From Blastocystis sp. Blastoise (taxonomy: Eukaryota > Protista > Bigyra: Opalinata), in the NCBI GenBank assembly GCA_039096225.1, contig JBBPEB010000013.1, forward strand, positions 868,001 to 932,000: 64,000 nucleotides of DNA, written 5' to 3'. The position numbers and the translations under genes are program-made. Positions 49,283-60,660 of this stretch are shown piece after piece (the first letter of the stretch is position 1; the number at the start of each line of letters is the position of its first letter). The notes below the pieces were generated by a model. It did no database searches and was not told the DNA's origin. It saw nothing but the letters and a program-made list of their open reading frames with translations.

Positions 49283-50218
49283 ATGAAAAATACAAATTAT
49301 GACAAGTATCTTTTGGTTATACAGAATTCAAATTATTCTGATATTTGGAAAAAACGTTTAACCAATTATTTCAATTTATATATTTTCCCATTACCATTTA
49401 AAAAGTTCTCAGAATTCTTAAAGAATCCTTATTCATTCATGGATTATATGGTAAATGAACGTAAAATCAAAATTAGTCCAATGAAATCGTTATGTGAATT
49501 GATATTATTTATTATACGTAATGTTTCTTCATTAAATAAAGAAGGTATTTTAAATAAATGGTGTGAATTTTATGTGATTATCAATTCTATGTATGAAAAA
49601 TATCTGGATAATAAGAAACGCACTTTGATTCAAGATCTTATTAAAGATGGTATTACGACTCCATATTTACATGAATATCACGATAAATTAGAAAATTATA
49701 ATCCATTACGATTAATATTAGATTTTTACTCCTATCTTCCTCCTGCTCGTGCTGATTATGCTCAATTATTCATTCTAACTCCAGAAGATAGTATTGATCC
49801 AGCTATTCATAAGAATTATATTGTTTATGATAAAGAGAAACACACTGGTTCTATTCTATTGAATGATTATAAAACTGCTGGTAAATACTCTACAATTCAA
49901 TTAGATGCACCAAAAGAATTGATTGAAGATCTAGAATTACTCTTAAAAAGAAATCCAAATCGTAAATTTATATTTGAATCTTCTGTTAGAACTGGATTTA
50001 CTACTAAAGCATTTGATTGGTTTGTGAATAAGCATTTAAAACAAATCCATCCAAAATTAACCATTAATGCATTAAGAAAATTATATGCTACAACTACAAC
50101 CAATACATTCCAAGATATAGAAAATTCTGCTTCTGCTTTATGTCATAATGATTATACACATATTAATTCTTATGTATCTTTAGAAAATAATAATTTATTT
50201 AAAAAATTAATTGAATAA
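49283..50218 (+). CDS. Tyrosine recombinase 1 (copy B, full length, 311 aa from ATG 49283)
   Basis: Same catalytic motifs as copy A. Confidence 0.85.
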   Translation: MKNTNYDKYLLVIQNSNYSDIWKKRLTNYFNLYIFPLPFKKFSEFLKNPYSFMDYMVNERKIKISPMKSLCELILFIIRNVSSLNKEGILNKWCEFYVIINSMYEKYLDNKKRTLIQDLIKDGITTPYLHEYHDKLENYNPLRLILDFYSYLPPARADYAQLFILTPEDSIDPAIHKNYIVYDKEKHTGSILLNDYKTAGKYSTIQLDAPKELIEDLELLLKRNPNRKFIFESSVRTGFTTKAFDWFVNKHLKQIHPKLTINALRKLYATTTTNTFQDIENSASALCHNDYTHINSYVSLENNNLFKKLIE

Positions 50219-50284
50219 TTTTTAATATTTGTTTTGTTGAATAATTTTAATAACTAAACAACTAGTAATAAAAGGATATAAAAA

Positions 50285-50659
50285 TTAATTAAAAGGTAAG
50301 AAAGATAGATTATTATTATTATTTTGGTATTGATTTTGTTGTTGATTACTTTTCATAGTAGGCATAAACATATTATTGGGTTGAATAAGATTCTTATCCT
50401 CTTGATATTGATTCTCATTCTTCATATATTGTTTATCCAATAACATTTCAAGACGTTGATGAATCACAGGATCATCTATATAAAGTAACATGTTTCTACA
50501 GTAACTTAGTTGTAAATCACTAAGATTCTTGTTGTTATTATTATTCAAGAATTGTTCTAATAGATTCGCTATTTCATTCTTTTTGGATTTAATTCCTTCT
50601 TCTTTTAGATTCTTCATCACACGACAAAAATAAGAATAACTAAGATATTTCTTGTTCAT
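50285..50659 (-). CDS. Hypothetical 124-aa protein (copy B)
   Basis: Ortholog of 833-1207. Confidence 0.75.
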   Translation of the reverse strand: MNKKYLSYSYFCRVMKNLKEEGIKSKKNEIANLLEQFLNNNNNKNLSDLQLSYCRNMLLYIDDPVIHQRLEMLLDKQYMKNENQYQEDKNLIQPNNMFMPTMKSNQQQNQYQNNNNNLSFLPFN

Positions 50660-50761
50660 TATTTAAATTAACCAATGATTAAACAAAACAAATTAATTAT
50701 ATAAAATACTAATATAATAAATTAAAGATTCTACAAATAGAGCCAGTTCAAAATGAATGTT

Positions 50762-50917
50762 CTAGAATGTTCTAGAACGTTTCTTGGACATATAGAAGTA
50801 AAGTAAAATATATATAATAATCAGAACAATTTCAATAACTGACAGTATTTCATTTACATTCTCTAAAGTTTCTGCACTACGATCTAAGTAGTAATTGCCA
50901 AATCGTTTCTTTGTCAT
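50762..50917 (-). CDS. Small membrane protein, 51 aa (copy B)
   Basis: Ortholog of 1310-1465. Confidence 0.6.
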   Translation of the reverse strand: MTKKRFGNYYLDRSAETLENVNEILSVIEIVLIIIYILLYFYMSKKRSRTF

Positions 50918-51003
50918 TATAGTATTAAATAATAAACAAAACAAATTAATTATACAAAATATTAATATAATAAATTAGAGATTCTAGAATATTCTAGAAG
51001 GTT

Positions 51004-51591
51004 TTAACAAGGCATAAGATTTCCATTAGAAAGTAAATAAAGTAAAGAATAATAAAAGCAACCATTTGCATTACTTGTAGTTTTTTGGTGTTGAATAGGA
51101 TTATATTGAATATTATGATTTTGAATAAATGATTTTGAAAAAGTAGGTTTATTTCCTAATGATGAATAGTGTTCTATGTTTTTATTACCATTATAAATAA
51201 CAGCTTCAAAATGACCATTATAAGGATCACTAGGACTTTCATGAAAGATCATATTAAATTTAGTTTGATCTTGATCTATATTTTGTTCAAAATCATCATA
51301 ACTATTATAATAATTATAAGATTGAGAATTCGTTTTATTTAATTGTTTCATAACATTTTCAGCACGATCACAAGCAACAGAAGAAGTAGGTTTATTTAAA
51401 TAAGCATAATTATATAATTGAGATATTAAAGAATTTGGTATATTACAATATTGAGATAGAGTTTGTTTGAAATTATCAGGGGATCTAGGAGTAACATGAC
51501 GAGTTTTATCAGATATAATAGGATTATCGCAATTCATTGAATTTTGAATAAGTTTTTCATCTTTACTCTTTACCAGATCCCCTCCCCTGAG
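51004..51591 (-). CDS. Adenain-like protease (copy B), -1 frame
   Basis: Ortholog of 1552-2139; slippery site at 51597-51591. Confidence 0.75.
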   Translation of the reverse strand, partial: LRGGDLVKSKDEKLIQNSMNCDNPIISDKTRHVTPRSPDNFKQTLSQYCNIPNSLISQLYNYAYLNKPTSSVACDRAENVMKQLNKTNSQSYNYYNSYDDFEQNIDQDQTKFNMIFHESPSDPYNGHFEAVIYNGNKNIEHYSSLGNKPTFSKSFIQNHNIQYNPIQHQKTTSNANGCFYYSLLYLLSNGNLMPC

Positions 51592-53216
51592 TTTTTTGAT
51601 AACATATATTTCTTTTTTTTCCAGAACAATTCGTCACCTGTATTTAATGTTTCATTATTATCTCTTTTCTGTTTTATAATTTGTAATTGTTTTAAATCAG
51701 CCTCTTGTATTTTACGTTTTTTTCGTGCCACTCCTGCAGGTATTATAAAATCTGTATAAAATGATACTAATGGATTCAAATCACCACCTCTTTTCTTTTT
51801 AGCTTCTTTTCCTCTTCTCATTCGTTCTAAGAATTCTTCTTTACTTAATTTAACACGACCACCATAACCTCTACGTTTAGCTCTTCTTGCAGCTATTCGT
51901 TTATCCCTTTCATCTTCTTTCCATTTTCTATCGACTTTCTCTTTATCATTTTGAGGGAAACCATAAATCTTATAAGGATAACTTTGTTCATCACGAGGCA
52001 TAGGTTTATAAGGTTGAGGAGGTTGCGAATGTTGAGGAGGTCGAGGTTGAGGAGGTCGATCAACTTGTTGTTGAGGAGGTGGTGGAGGTTGAACAACGGG
52101 TTGTGGATGTAGTCTATCATCTTCATCAAGAGCATCTTGCATTTCATCAGCTACATCATAATATCCTTCAAACATTTTATTTATTGTATTTCCTGAACCT
52201 ATTTGCTTTTTCATTTCATTTAATGCTTGTTGACGTTTTAATTTTTCCATTTCAAATTCCATATCATTTAATTCACTTGATTGTTGTGCCAAATGTGTAT
52301 CATAATAAGCTTTTCTACCTTTAGCAAAAGAATCCATACCTTTATCAACTACACCTAATAGAGCTGGTGCATAATCCATTAATCCGCTCCAGAATCCACC
52401 ACCTCTTTTTACTCTTAATATACCATCACCACTTTGAGCTGAATCTAAATCTATATATTTTGGTATAATAGAGGGTCTTAACATTCTTCTTAATTTTGGA
52501 TTCTTAATCATTTTCTTATTTTTAATTGCATTCATAATTGCTGAAGCAACTGATATAGGAATCTTTCCACCACGTTTAATTTTATGTTCATAGAATCTTT
52601 TGAATTCATCATCAAGATCATGATGACCGTCACCAACATATTGAGCTAAAATAGCTAATGCATCACGAGCTTTTCTATTAGCTTTTTTATCTACAATAGC
52701 ATCTCTTATATCTAATACATTTCGTTGATACATATCTTTTACTTTATTTTTAATTGCATCACCAATACCAGAACCTTGATTATTCTCTAATTTATTGATT
52801 TCTGATTTATTTGGAATAATTCCTCTACCAGATTTACGTCTTGGTTTACATGGATTTAATACTTTATATTGACGATCTTCACCATCTATTTTATCTTCTT
52901 CTGGACCAGCTGCTTTCATTACACCTTTACCTGCTGCTCTAGCACGAATTAAAGCACCATTTCCTTGTGGAACAGCATCTTTACCAAATGTTTTAGAACG
53001 ATCTACATAATCATCTTCTTTGCCATCATGTATTTCTTTACTTTCTAAAGTAGACACAGGCATAGATGAATTTGGACCTATTTCATGAAATATTGGATTA
53101 TATTGATCCATTTTATGTAATGGTTGTGTATTATATCGCCTATATTCTTTTCCAGTTGAAATTAAATTCATACCAAAAGTACCAGGACTTGGCATTCCTA
53201 AGATACAACTTTGCAT
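51570..53216 (-). CDS. Basic core precursor protein, 548 aa (copy B)
   Basis: Ortholog of 2118-3746 with a 6-aa longer Pro/Gln-rich segment. Confidence 0.6.
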   Translation of the reverse strand: MQSCILGMPSPGTFGMNLISTGKEYRRYNTQPLHKMDQYNPIFHEIGPNSSMPVSTLESKEIHDGKEDDYVDRSKTFGKDAVPQGNGALIRARAAGKGVMKAAGPEEDKIDGEDRQYKVLNPCKPRRKSGRGIIPNKSEINKLENNQGSGIGDAIKNKVKDMYQRNVLDIRDAIVDKKANRKARDALAILAQYVGDGHHDLDDEFKRFYEHKIKRGGKIPISVASAIMNAIKNKKMIKNPKLRRMLRPSIIPKYIDLDSAQSGDGILRVKRGGGFWSGLMDYAPALLGVVDKGMDSFAKGRKAYYDTHLAQQSSELNDMEFEMEKLKRQQALNEMKKQIGSGNTINKMFEGYYDVADEMQDALDEDDRLHPQPVVQPPPPPQQQVDRPPQPRPPQHSQPPQPYKPMPRDEQSYPYKIYGFPQNDKEKVDRKWKEDERDKRIAARRAKRRGYGGRVKLSKEEFLERMRRGKEAKKKRGGDLNPLVSFYTDFIIPAGVARKKRKIQEADLKQLQIIKQKRDNNETLNTGDELFWKKKKYMLSKNSGEGIW

Positions 53217-53290
53217 TTTTTTATTTCAATTATAAAATTATTTATAAACAAAACAAATATATTAATAAAAATAAATTTAACATTAAAAAT

Positions 53291-53884
53291 TTATAATTTA
53301 GTTAAATCAATAATAGTATCATTGCTGTTAGTATTCTTCGTAGATTTATCGAATACTTTAATAGAACGTGCATATAAACCAATATAATACTTGTTATTAT
53401 AACGATGAATACCATGTATTGTAAATAATACTTTACATAACGTATTTGGTGGAATATACTTTTCACGTATTTCTTCGTAAGTTAACTTAGGATCTTTACC
53501 GATATTAATCTTCTTATCTCTTTTATCAGTAATATCAATAGTAACATTCTTCGATGCATTAATAGGTACTTTAATTGTAATCTTATATTTACCATTATCC
53601 ATACGTACAAAATTAACAATATCACCATCAGGACATAATTCACATAATTTACGATAAAGTTCTTTATAAGCAGTTAAGAATACTTGATTATCATCTTCAA
53701 TTGTTAATAAAGTCCATTTATCACGTGTAACAATATAACCAAATAAACATGGTGTAGCATCAGTAGAAATACATACACGATGATTATTATTTAAAAGAAC
53801 AGCATTTTCTTTGGTGTCATCCCATTGTAAATTAAAGTTAGAAGTATCAAGAATAGTAGGTTTCTTAAATTCAGTTGAAGACAT
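53291..53884 (-). CDS. Putative ssDNA-binding protein (copy B)
   Basis: Ortholog of 3822-4415. Confidence 0.45.
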   Translation of the reverse strand: MSSTEFKKPTILDTSNFNLQWDDTKENAVLLNNNHRVCISTDATPCLFGYIVTRDKWTLLTIEDDNQVFLTAYKELYRKLCELCPDGDIVNFVRMDNGKYKITIKVPINASKNVTIDITDKRDKKINIGKDPKLTYEEIREKYIPPNTLCKVLFTIHGIHRYNNKYYIGLYARSIKVFDKSTKNTNSNDTIIDLTKL

Positions 53885-53960
53885 TTTAGTTAAGTATTTA
53901 GTAAAAATATAAGTATTTTAATACTAATATTTTACGATATTCTTTTCAAATGAATCAATT

Positions 53961-54008
53961 TTCCAGAATGTTCGAGAAGGTTCTAGAATGTTCGAGAAGG
54001 TTCTAGAA
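53961..54008. promoter_or_regulatory. Heat shock element-like array (10 units, copy B)
   Basis: Four substitutions versus 4493-4540, all in spacer positions. Confidence 0.8.
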
Positions 54009-54203
54009 AAAAAGAACACTTGAATAATCTAATGGAAACATTTTAACGGAATCGAACCATGATACTGTGGTTACATATTTCTTTAATAGATCCATTAGAC
54101 CATTCAAGAATTCTATTTGAAACTATTCTATTTTCCATTTAAACTTTGTGTAATTAATTTTAAAAAAAATAAACAAAACAAAATAATTAATTAAATAAAT
54201 AAA

Positions 54204-54731
54204 TTAATGATCAAATATTTCAGACATAGAAGGAATAGAATATTCGGATAATAATGAAACAATTTCTTTAGAATCATCATGAATCTGTTTCAAATCTTGT
54301 TTCTGACTTTCAATCTTTGTTTTTAAATGATCAACAGTACAATAAATACCATTTAATATATTATCAGCCGTTTCCATAGTTTGAAATAAAGATTCGAATT
54401 GACTGGATATATTTGTTAACTCCTCATTTGTAAATAATAATGCTTGCTTATCAGGATTTGTATTTACTTGATCTTGAAATTGTATTGGTTGATTGTTAAC
54501 CGAGTGATATCTATCTGGATTTTTAGATACGTAAACATCATTGATTGGATGAATATCTTGAGGTGGATCTTCAAACATGATTTCGTCACGCGAATTAAAA
54601 CAGAAATCATTATCATTGGGTAAAGCCATAGGATTTGCAGAAACACTATTTTCAAATGGATTCAACAAGGGGGATATCATGGCTTGACCGAAAGGGGATA
54701 AACTGGCAGAAAGACTATCAGGAATTTCCAT
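54204..54731 (-). CDS. Hypothetical 175-aa protein (copy B)
   Basis: Ortholog of 4734-5261. Confidence 0.7.
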   Translation of the reverse strand: MEIPDSLSASLSPFGQAMISPLLNPFENSVSANPMALPNDNDFCFNSRDEIMFEDPPQDIHPINDVYVSKNPDRYHSVNNQPIQFQDQVNTNPDKQALLFTNEELTNISSQFESLFQTMETADNILNGIYCTVDHLKTKIESQKQDLKQIHDDSKEIVSLLSEYSIPSMSEIFDH

Positions 54732-55129
54732 GGTTATTTAAACCTTCAAAAGTATTTTTATACAATATATTAAATATACTATTTTTAGTGTACAGTTCTT
54801 CATTTCAGTTGCTAACAAAAGCCTATTGCTTCCAGCTGGAAAATAAGCCAATAAAATAACTTATTTTGTATGACACATCGTCGTCATCGTCTAATTGTGT
54901 TTTACTAATTTTTTTATCCAATCAGATTACAGATGCCGACTATACTCGTCATTGAAACACAAATAAAAAATGCTAAGTCGACAAAATTAGCCAATCAAAT
55001 GAACCTTCTAGAACATTCCATAGAGATTCTACACTGTCTCCTAGAATATTTAATATTCCATTTAAATGTATTATTTATTTCATTTTGATAAATACAAATT
55101 TTCTCTCTGTAACGATATTCGCGATTATA

Positions 55130-55753
55130 ATGCAATTTAATCTTTCTGCTGATTCCCGTAAATGTCTTCAAACTGTTCGTATGGAACTTCTAAAGAATTC
55201 TAAGAAGGCTGTTGAAGTTCATAAGAATGTTCTTCGTGATATTGATTTACATCAGTCTCAATTGAATAGAGAAAAGAATCTATTGGGTATTGCAAAATCT
55301 AAAGAACGTCTTGCTTCTTTCGAAGTCGAAAACTATAGATCAGCTTTAAAACGTATAAACGCGGTTATTAAAGGTCTTGAAGATTATGAAGAATTCGCTG
55401 CTGATATTTATACTCAACAACTTAATGAAGAACAAGATATTCAAGATATTATCAATACTGAAGATCTTTTAGAAAGTGATAGAACTACTATTTTATGTTC
55501 TGAAGATTCTAAAGAACATTCGAATTCTAAAGATGATGATTTTGATATTATGAAATTCCATATGGAAGATGGATTCCTTTATGATGAAAAAGGTAAAGTT
55601 TATTCTTATGAAGTTGTTCATGCTAAGAGTATTAACAAGATTAAAAGAGATCCTTCAAAACAAATGTATTTCTGGGATGGTATTTTATATGATAAAAATG
55701 GATGGCCTCATTCATGTACATATATTAATAGTCAAGAACCAATTGAAATTTAA
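55130..55753 (+). CDS. Hypothetical 207-aa protein (copy B)
   Basis: Ortholog of 5660-6283. Confidence 0.7.
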   Translation: MQFNLSADSRKCLQTVRMELLKNSKKAVEVHKNVLRDIDLHQSQLNREKNLLGIAKSKERLASFEVENYRSALKRINAVIKGLEDYEEFAADIYTQQLNEEQDIQDIINTEDLLESDRTTILCSEDSKEHSNSKDDDFDIMKFHMEDGFLYDEKGKVYSYEVVHAKSINKIKRDPSKQMYFWDGILYDKNGWPHSCTYINSQEPIEI

Positions 55754-55863
55754 TTATTTTTCTTGTTTATTTTTCTATTTTTACTTATAAACTTGTAAAA
55801 AATCATTGAAAATTGTTTTGTTTATTGTATATACATTTAAAACACTAAAGTATAAAAAGGATG

Positions 55864-55983
55864 TTCTAGAAGGTTCTAGAAGGTTCTAGAATGTTCTCGA
55901 AGGTTCTAGAACATTTAAAAATATAAAGTAATATTTACTATTATAGAATGTTCTAGAATGTTCTTGAATGTTCTAGAAGCTTC
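55864..55983. promoter_or_regulatory. Two HSE-like arrays (10 and 8 units) upstream of the primase-helicase, copy B
   Basis: Second array is exactly one 10-bp period shorter than in copy A, phase preserved. Confidence 0.8.
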
Positions 55984-56069
55984 TAAAACTGACTTCTAGA
56001 ATCTTTAATATATTATTTGTTTTGAATTTTATACCATATTTATTTTCATTATTTATAAGTCAAATAATC

Positions 56070-59000
56070 ATGGAAAATTCACAAATTCATTTTGTTTATA
56101 CTTTTGGTTCCTTTAATCATGATAACTCAAAAGATAATCATAGTGAAATTATTATACCAAATCCTTTACCATTTTATAAAAGTCTATTTACTAATTATCA
56201 AAATCCAAAAGAATTATTACATTATATTGATTGTACTCCTTGTAATACATCAACTAATTATAGAAGATTATGGTTTGATTTAGATTATCACCAAATATCA
56301 GATGATTTTTCTTTTCTAACAGATTCATTTATTCATGAATTTATTGAAGAAATATGTAATCATTGTATTCATTATTATAATCAAGAATTTATTTCGCTTG
56401 TGTATACAAAGAAAGAAGTGAATAAGAAGACAGTTCATAATGAAATACATTATTCATGGGGAATTCATATATATACAAATTGGTTTGTAAATGGTGATTA
56501 TTTATTTTTCTTATATAATAGTATGATTCTGAATACAAAATTGGTTGATTTATGTAAAACATATAATTTAGATATAAAAGAATTCATTGATTATAATGTT
56601 ATTGGTAAACCAAGAAAGAATAATGGTTGTATGTTTCTTGGTTGTAGTAAAGATAATTCTCCATCTACTTATAAATTATATGAAGAATATACCAATAAAA
56701 CATGGAAGAAAATAGATGATGAAATCGATGAACATTATTATTTCAAAACATTATTGAATTATAAGAATGAAGATGATATTATAAGTGATATTATTAATCC
56801 TATTATTTTTTATAAATTAAAACAATATTCACGTTATAAACGTTATTATGCAAGATTAAATAATTGTTCACGTACTATATTATGTTCTATACAAGATATT
56901 AAAGATATTCCTATGTTGATTTCTACAGATACTATATTGGATACTACAGCATCTAAAGAAGCTTTATTGGAACGATATTTATTATTGATTGGTTCTATTG
57001 AAGATATGAATTATTTTGAATCTCATAATACTTGGTATAAATTATGTTGTGCAGCAAAACAGATTTGTAATACAACAAGAGGATTAGAATTATTTAAAAA
57101 TTATTCATTACGTTATGGTCATGATCGAAGTGATGATGTAATTGAATCTACATGGAATCATATACAAGTTGATCCTACTCATTTATCGAATAATTATATT
57201 TTAAAGATATTAATGGAGAATAAATTATTTAATAAAGATGATGATAATGATTTCATATTTATGTCTATTTTAGAATGTATTCAATCCTTTAATCTTGTAG
57301 ATTCACAAACATTAGTTATGTTATTTCAATTATTAGAATTTAATGAAATTGTTTCCATTATATTAGATAAAGATAATTTTATCTTATATACATTTGATGA
57401 ATATAATATCTTAAGACGTTGTAAGAATAATTATGATATTAATTTCTTTGAAACCAAAATAACTACATTTATGAAATCGATTGTAGAGAAATTCAAACTA
57501 TCAAGATTATATTCCAAAGAGAATGAACAACATCAAAAAATAGTTGATAAAATAATGTCTGCTTCTGTTACTAATGAATATCATTATAAAGAATGGTTGA
57601 ATCGTTATTTGAAGACTTATGGTAAATCTTATAAAGAATATTTAGATACGTATATGGTTCATAAAGAACGTGTTATCTATACACAACTTGGTTATTTATA
57701 TCCAAAAGAATCTACAGAAGAAGATCATAGACAATATTATATCCAACCATATCATAAAGAAGATATGGTGTTTGAAGATTTATTAATTGATACTGAATTT
57801 AATGTAAGTTGGAATATAAATAATGAACAGAAAGATATTATCCAATTATTTGAACAACATATTGCAAGATATTGTGAATTCGATAAGAAATATGAAAGTA
57901 TTATGTTACGTATCTTAACCACTGCTTTCTATGTCAATACTCAGAAAACTGTTTCTTATATATTATATGGTAGTACAGGTAGTAATGGTAAAACAATAAC
58001 AACTGATTTAATTTCTCGTATTGTAGGTAGTAATCAATGTATTATAGTAAATCCAGATAATTTAGAAGAAACATCTATAGCTCCTAAGATTGTAGATATG
58101 TCTAATAAAACAATGTATTATATGAATGAATTAATAGAAGAAGATGTTACTGGTAGAAAGAAAACATTTAATCCATTCTCTTCTAAAGTCTTTAAAGAAA
58201 TAGCAGAAAAGAAAGAAGGTGCTAGTGCTCGTAAATTATTCAGTAATATATTCACAAAAGTTCATTTCACGGGTACTTTATTTATGACAAGTAATATTCA
58301 ACCTACTGCTGTGAATGCTGGTCCTATTGAAAGAAGAGTTTGTTTCTTACCATCATGTTGTCGTTATTTCCCTCCTGGTAATGCTAATTTATATGAAGAT
58401 TATGTAGATCATAATTTACCTAAACGTAAACAGACAGTAGAAAAGAGATTGAAACCCAATCATTATGAAATGGATTATACTTTATCCGATAAATTCTATC
58501 AGAATCGTTCAATTATCTTTAGTTATCTAGTAAGTAATTATTTCTATTCTAGTATGCAATTAGATATGCATGAATTAGATAATGAATATCATATAAGTGA
58601 ATGTAAGAAACGATTCTTTGATCGTAGTACAGAAGGATATGATTTGAAATCTTTTGTTGATAACCATATTACTATAGATCCTTATTATTTGAATGTAGTT
58701 ACTATTGAAGATATTTTTAATAGTTATAAGAAAGTGAATAATAATAATCAATTTACGATTAAGAAGGATTTAGATAAATTTACAAATGCTTTATTTGGTT
58801 GTTTAAGTAGTAAAGATACATTCAATTCTATAGATATTGTGAATATTCATAGAAAACATACTTCAAATTTCTATAAGGGAGGGAATGCTATTGGTATTTG
58901 TGGTTTAATGATTGATAATACTTATAATGAATGTGTAGATACAGATTTATTCTGTTTATCCAATTGTTTATCTAAAAAAGAAGAAATTGTTTATAGTGAA

Positions 59001-59072
59001 GATCAATATCATAATACGTCATCAACAAAACGAATTTTAATAGATAATACTTTATATGCTATACCAAATTAA
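56070..59072 (+). CDS. AEP primase-SF3 helicase (copy B)
   Basis: Ortholog of 6610-9612; ATG at 56070. Confidence 0.9.
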   Translation: MENSQIHFVYTFGSFNHDNSKDNHSEIIIPNPLPFYKSLFTNYQNPKELLHYIDCTPCNTSTNYRRLWFDLDYHQISDDFSFLTDSFIHEFIEEICNHCIHYYNQEFISLVYTKKEVNKKTVHNEIHYSWGIHIYTNWFVNGDYLFFLYNSMILNTKLVDLCKTYNLDIKEFIDYNVIGKPRKNNGCMFLGCSKDNSPSTYKLYEEYTNKTWKKIDDEIDEHYYFKTLLNYKNEDDIISDIINPIIFYKLKQYSRYKRYYARLNNCSRTILCSIQDIKDIPMLISTDTILDTTASKEALLERYLLLIGSIEDMNYFESHNTWYKLCCAAKQICNTTRGLELFKNYSLRYGHDRSDDVIESTWNHIQVDPTHLSNNYILKILMENKLFNKDDDNDFIFMSILECIQSFNLVDSQTLVMLFQLLEFNEIVSIILDKDNFILYTFDEYNILRRCKNNYDINFFETKITTFMKSIVEKFKLSRLYSKENEQHQKIVDKIMSASVTNEYHYKEWLNRYLKTYGKSYKEYLDTYMVHKERVIYTQLGYLYPKESTEEDHRQYYIQPYHKEDMVFEDLLIDTEFNVSWNINNEQKDIIQLFEQHIARYCEFDKKYESIMLRILTTAFYVNTQKTVSYILYGSTGSNGKTITTDLISRIVGSNQCIIVNPDNLEETSIAPKIVDMSNKTMYYMNELIEEDVTGRKKTFNPFSSKVFKEIAEKKEGASARKLFSNIFTKVHFTGTLFMTSNIQPTAVNAGPIERRVCFLPSCCRYFPPGNANLYEDYVDHNLPKRKQTVEKRLKPNHYEMDYTLSDKFYQNRSIIFSYLVSNYFYSSMQLDMHELDNEYHISECKKRFFDRSTEGYDLKSFVDNHITIDPYYLNVVTIEDIFNSYKKVNNNNQFTIKKDLDKFTNALFGCLSSKDTFNSIDIVNIHRKHTSNFYKGGNAIGICGLMIDNTYNECVDTDLFCLSNCLSKKEEIVYSEDQYHNTSSTKRILIDNTLYAIPN

Positions 59073-59114
59073 ATAATAATATTCTTTATTATAAAAAGTT
59101 GTTTTGTTTTAAAA

Positions 59115-60555
59115 TTAATAAAATTTAAATTGAATTCCATGAAAATGTTTTTTAGGGACTTTGACTTTAAAGAATGCATTACCTTTATGTTTTTTCAATA
59201 AACCATGACCACGATGAATAGGTTCTAAAGGAGGCATAGTAGAAAGACTACGTAATGCATAAGTATCTGAATTATTCATAACTATAGGTGTAGAGTTTTC
59301 ATCTTGAGTATTCTGTTGCATAAGAGATGCTTGAGTATTCGTTAATTCTGAATCCGTTGTATTATTATGTAAATGATCAGGTAATAATTGTTTATTACGT
59401 ATAAAACGATTATAACGATCTCTAGAATTCTCTGGAACTTCTTCAGATTCTAATGAACATCCTACAGGTAATTCATTTTCTAAATCTGTTTTATCTGGAT
59501 AATGATGCTTTAATAGATCTTTATAATATCTTAATGTAATCATTATAGTATCATTATCTGATGAATATTGTTCTAGACTACTTAATATCGATTCTGATTT
59601 CATATTGAAATTCTCTTTACCAAATACATCTTCATAGTCTTCTTCATATTGTTCTATACGATCATTAAATCGTTTACATAAAAATAATAATTTATTCAAT
59701 TGATTAATTTCTCTTGTATAAGTAATATTATTCATATCAATATGAAATGTTCTTGTTTTATTATCTAAATCTTGCAATTTAGTTGAATGAGAAGATAAAT
59801 AAGGAGATATATAATTTTCCATATGTGTTGATTGACTATGTAACATCTTCATAATCGAATTTTCAAAGAGTTCTACACCTTTAGATTCGTGTTCTGAATC
59901 ATTATGTTGGAATTGTGCTTCTCTTGATAATCTATAATAATATTGAGCAAATAAATGTCTTATAATATCACAACCATTAATTAAAGAATTATTCTGTTGT
60001 GTTTTATAAATCCAGCCTAAATGTGGTTTTATATATTCATCACCAAATTTCAAATCACGTACTTTACCACCATTCTCAGTAACAAATAAATAATGTCTTG
60101 GAAATAAACGTAAGGATCTAGCTAAGACATTTAAATATTCTTCTGATAAATATTGATAAGTAGGATATTCATTCTTACCGATTTCAAATCGATTCTTTGT
60201 ATCATTTACATGAATAGTCAAAGTATTTAAATCAATATAATTAGTTGTTCTTCTTAACGATAAAGGAATTTGTTGACCACGAGTATAGATTACACAATCA
60301 TTATAATCATTACGAGCACATAATGTATCATAAGTTAAAACTAATAAATAACTATTCACATAATATAAATCATTAGGATTTTCTAAATAATTCTTTTTGG
60401 TGATATTAATGATTTCTCCCCAATCAGCTTCACAATTAATAATTTTCTGAGTGATTTCATAATGTCTTGAATAAGTAGCATCAATTTGTAAAGAACCCCA
60501 TAAATGTTCCCATTTCTTTATATTTTGTGGAGTAAATGCTTTATAATTAATGATA
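59115..60555 (-). pseudogene. Tyrosine recombinase 2 (copy B), 5' end cut off
   Basis: Matches 9657-11097, then switches to unrelated sequence. Confidence 0.8.
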
Positions 60556-60660
60556 GGAAAAATGTTAGAAATACCCAGATTTCCCTATTGATTTGTATAC
60601 ATACCCAATTTTTTGTATGATTTGGTAGAAATACCCAAAAATATCTGTTAACATTTTGAT
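60556..60660. mobile_element. Probable terminal inverted repeat of a Mutator-like (MULE) DNA transposon; other end not in window
   Basis: Sharp breakpoint; begins GGAAAAATGTTAGAAATACCC with internal repeats of TAGAAATACCCA (60566, 60626), resembling MULE TIR starts. Confidence 0.45.

Larger units (their letters stand above)
48426..60555. mobile_element. Endogenous Polinton-like virus, copy B (tandem, interrupted at 60555)
   Basis: Collinear, highly similar copy of 1-11097 from 49460 on; identity ends abruptly after ...TTAATGATA at 60555. Confidence 0.9.

Noticed and set aside
1-60555. Classical Maverick/Polinton transposon
   Set aside because: No protein-primed PolB, no rve integrase and no TIRs seen; gene set fits a YR-encoding PLV
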